This document shows positions 61,201 to 64,000 of a stretch of DNA of 64,000 nucleotides, in pieces; the first letter of the stretch is position 1, and each line of letters opens with the position of its first letter. The stretch comes from Okamejei kenojei. Its lineage: Eukaryota. The notes below the pieces were generated by a model. The model had not been told where the DNA came from. It did no database searches and was given only the letters and a program-made list of their open reading frames with translations. A program made the translations under genes and the position numbers. The stretch lies in the NCBI GenBank assembly GCA_035221665.1, contig CM069131.1, positions 163,742,001 to 163,806,000 on the forward strand, written 5' to 3'.

Positions 61201-62827
61201 AAACTAGAAAGGCACAAGGGTATAGAAACATAGAAAATAGGTGCAGGATTAGACCATTTGGCCCTTTGAGCCAGCACTGCCATTCAATATGATCATGGCT
61301 GATCATCCAAAATCAGTACCCCGTTCCTGCTTTCTCCCCATAGCCCTTGATTCGGTTAGCCCTTAGAGCTAAACCTAACTCTCTCTTGAATACATCGCAG
61401 GTTTCCCGCATACATATGCAGGAAATAGAGGGATATAGATCACGTGCAGGCAAAGGAGATTCCTTTAACCTGACATCGTGTACATTGTGGGCCAAAGTGC
61501 CAGTTTTGCTGTGTACTTTCCTATGTTCCATGTATCACTATCCAGCAGTAGCTCCTGGTCTTCATCATTAACAATGGAAGTTATCACAATCAATTTTGAT
61601 GCATGAATAACTCTTCATACTTCTTATTTGGACTCCTTCCCTGTTCTTCCTCAAGCGCAGCCTCCTCTATCTGTCTTTTTCTGACGATACTATGGGTTCT
61701 TTCCATCAGTTTTGAGCCTGTTCTATCCACCTCTCCCAATTCTCTAACTTGGTTCTATGTTATCCCTCTCTCCTTGGCTTGCCTGTAACCCTCATCTACC
61801 TATCCACCGTTACACATTGCCTGAACCATTATATAACTCCCTACATTCTCCAATCCTCCTTTATCTTCGCCCCATTAGCTTCTAACCTCTACCCTCCTTA
61901 TTCTGGTTTATGTGCAATTTTCTTTTCCCCGGTGGCCCCACTTTACAAGAGTAGACATTGTCCTGACTCACTAATTCTAGACGTCGATCAACAATGAAAG
62001 GAAATTAACCACAGATTATTTATGTGTATGCAATGCTAAATCGCTGTTAATTCTCCCTGAGCTCCCAGTGAACTGTTAATTCAGGACAATGTTCTGAGAA
62101 TAGACACAAAAAGCTGGAGTAATTCAGCAGGACAGGCAGCATCTCTGGAGAGAAGGAATGGGTGCCGTTTCGGGTCGAGACCCTTCTTCAGACTGGTTCG
62201 GAGAATCAGTTTTAATTCAGTGCAGTTCTACAGAAGGGTGAGGTCCTCAGTTTAACATACATTTCCATGTAAATATTTGTAATGATAATAATTCGGGCAG
62301 TTAAATGTATTTTTATCAACACAGCAAGTTTATAATAATCACAGCAACACACTCATACAACAATCTGCTGCAGTAGCAAGCAGAAGCAGCTGACATGCAA
62401 TGAAACACAAATCACAAAATTCCAGTCCCCTTTTCTTTGAAGGGCACAACATGTATTGCAACACGCAGCTTTAAAGAACGTTATCTTGTCATTTTGTCTC
62501 AACATTATACTCCAATATAATCACATGCATTATCTTTAAGGTAAAAATGTTGAACATTCATAAACAACAACCTCTCACTATGTATTTCTGCTTGAGGGAG
62601 AGTCAGCAGTTTCCTGACTTTAAGAATATACTTCTTGATTGGAGTACCATTATCACAGTGTGCATGCATTTAATGGATACATTGGTGTTTATTTCTCAGT
62701 TAAAACTTTCCAAGCTTGTCGCCTGTTTGAATTTTCAGTCTTTGTGTTGCCGCTTATACATCAAGTATTTTTATTGGAAGAAATTAATCCTGTTTTGCAC
62801 GGTACACCTTTTAATCAAGCCCGTGTT

Positions 62828-63810
62828 CTACCTTTTGCTAAAGTACTTCAGAATACTGTTGGATTTCGGAGAGTTTTGTGGATGTCTTGCCCCTGTGCTG
62901 GATTTGACTTTCTTGCCTCGTTTAGCAACATGTACCTTCAACACTGTCCTCTGTCGCTTCCAGTCTGTCAGCAGTTCTTTCTGAAGCTCAGCAGGTAATT
63001 CTGAAAACACCTTGACATCCACGTTGGTGGGGAATGGCGGGGAATTTTGATCGGTGGGTGCATCATGACCTCTCTTAGCAGATTGTAAAGCTTCACCTGG
63101 AGAATGAGGGTCTGGCACATTGGTTGGCGTATCATTAAGGGCACACTGGGTTCCAAGATTGACTGACGTCCTTTTGGAATATTCCGCACCAGGATCATTA
63201 GTTGCACTAGAAATGTCTGGATTGCTCTCAGGGTCTGGGGCTGCCAAATATTTCCTCTGATCCTCTGTTGGTGACCTGAAGGTAAAATTACTTTCACAAA
63301 ATGCTTTCTCAATACCCGGAATGTGGGATCTGTGATATTTCATCTGTTCCTGTGAAGTGCTGGCATCTGTTATAATTTCCTTCTGGATATTAACTGGGAG
63401 TTCTTTAAATACATCAAAGTCAATCTCAGGAGATAGATTAGTATGTGATAATTTCCGAGTTGGATCAATGTCAATGACATCTTCTGTATTCACGGACGCA
63501 GACTGCAGGTGATTTTCGGTCTTGTTCAGTGGACTTTCAGTGTCTGCTAAATCAACATCATCAGACCCTTTCCGTTGCCCGAGAAGTTGTCTACTTACTT
63601 TTACCTTTGGGCTTGTGTCTAATTTTCCAGGTGATCTCTGGGTTAAATAGAATCCAATTGATCCTCTGAGAGGAGAAGACATTGTGGACTGAATAAGATT
63701 AGAAAAGCAGACATTCAAAAGGCTTATGAAGAACTGAAATTTGGTGTCCACCATCTTTTGAAAAAGCTTCATTAGGATATCAACCAGTGGAGTCACAAGT
63801 TCACAGGCAC
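62828..63810 (-). CDS. POLI: DNA polymerase iota, terminal coding exon (upstream exons outside the window)
   Basis: Acceptor CTTTTATTCACTAG at 63812-63811; TPLVDILMKLFQKMV...LLNVCFSNL (end of little finger), PIP-like RGSIGFYL, UBM1 IDFDVFKELPVNIQKEI, UBM2 VDVKVFSELPAELQKELLTDWKR; AATAAA at 62770-62775 and 62688-62693. Confidence 0.95.
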
Positions 63811-64000
63811 CTAGTGAATAAAAGAGACGTGTAAACTGTTTGGAAGAGTGTCATTAGAAAACATCATCTGTTTCAATTCCCTACCTCCACACACATAACC
63901 TACTACTTTTACAGATTCATTCTTTCATGAAGGACATTTTTAAATTAACACTTCCTCATTCAACTCCCACCTCTACACTCTTTGATTGTAACACATCACA

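Noticed and set aside
62547-62998. Plus-strand ORFs of 145 and 119 aa overlapping the POLI end
   Set aside because: Antisense to the POLI CDS and 3' UTR with no protein-like features

Overview
Vertebrate genomic DNA, most likely a cartilaginous fish (skate/ray; inferred from the repeat content: CR1 LINEs, HE1-like V-SINEs, Penelope remnants). Two host genes lie on the minus strand: the terminal coding exon of POLI (DNA polymerase iota, 62828-63810) and a complete 7-coding-exon C18orf54/LAS2 orthologue (35951 to 6853, 567 aa, all splice phases compatible) with a CCAAT/CHR-type promoter near 41 kb. Between them, on the + strand, is a probable decayed STARD6 at its mammalian syntenic position. 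Most of the rest is nested transposons: CR1 (including a young subfamily), Tc1, a Helitron, a foldback element, Rex/Babar-type fragments and a GC-rich composite family. The best novelty candidates are two RNA-catalyst-bearing mobile elements. One is a 134-bp TSD-flanked retroposon whose 5' end is a minimal CPEB3-like HDV ribozyme (51929-52062). The other is a family of about 20 Penelope-derived units with minimal hammerhead ribozyme motifs. All protein comparisons are from memory and were not run; repeat boundaries without a stated TSD are approximate.
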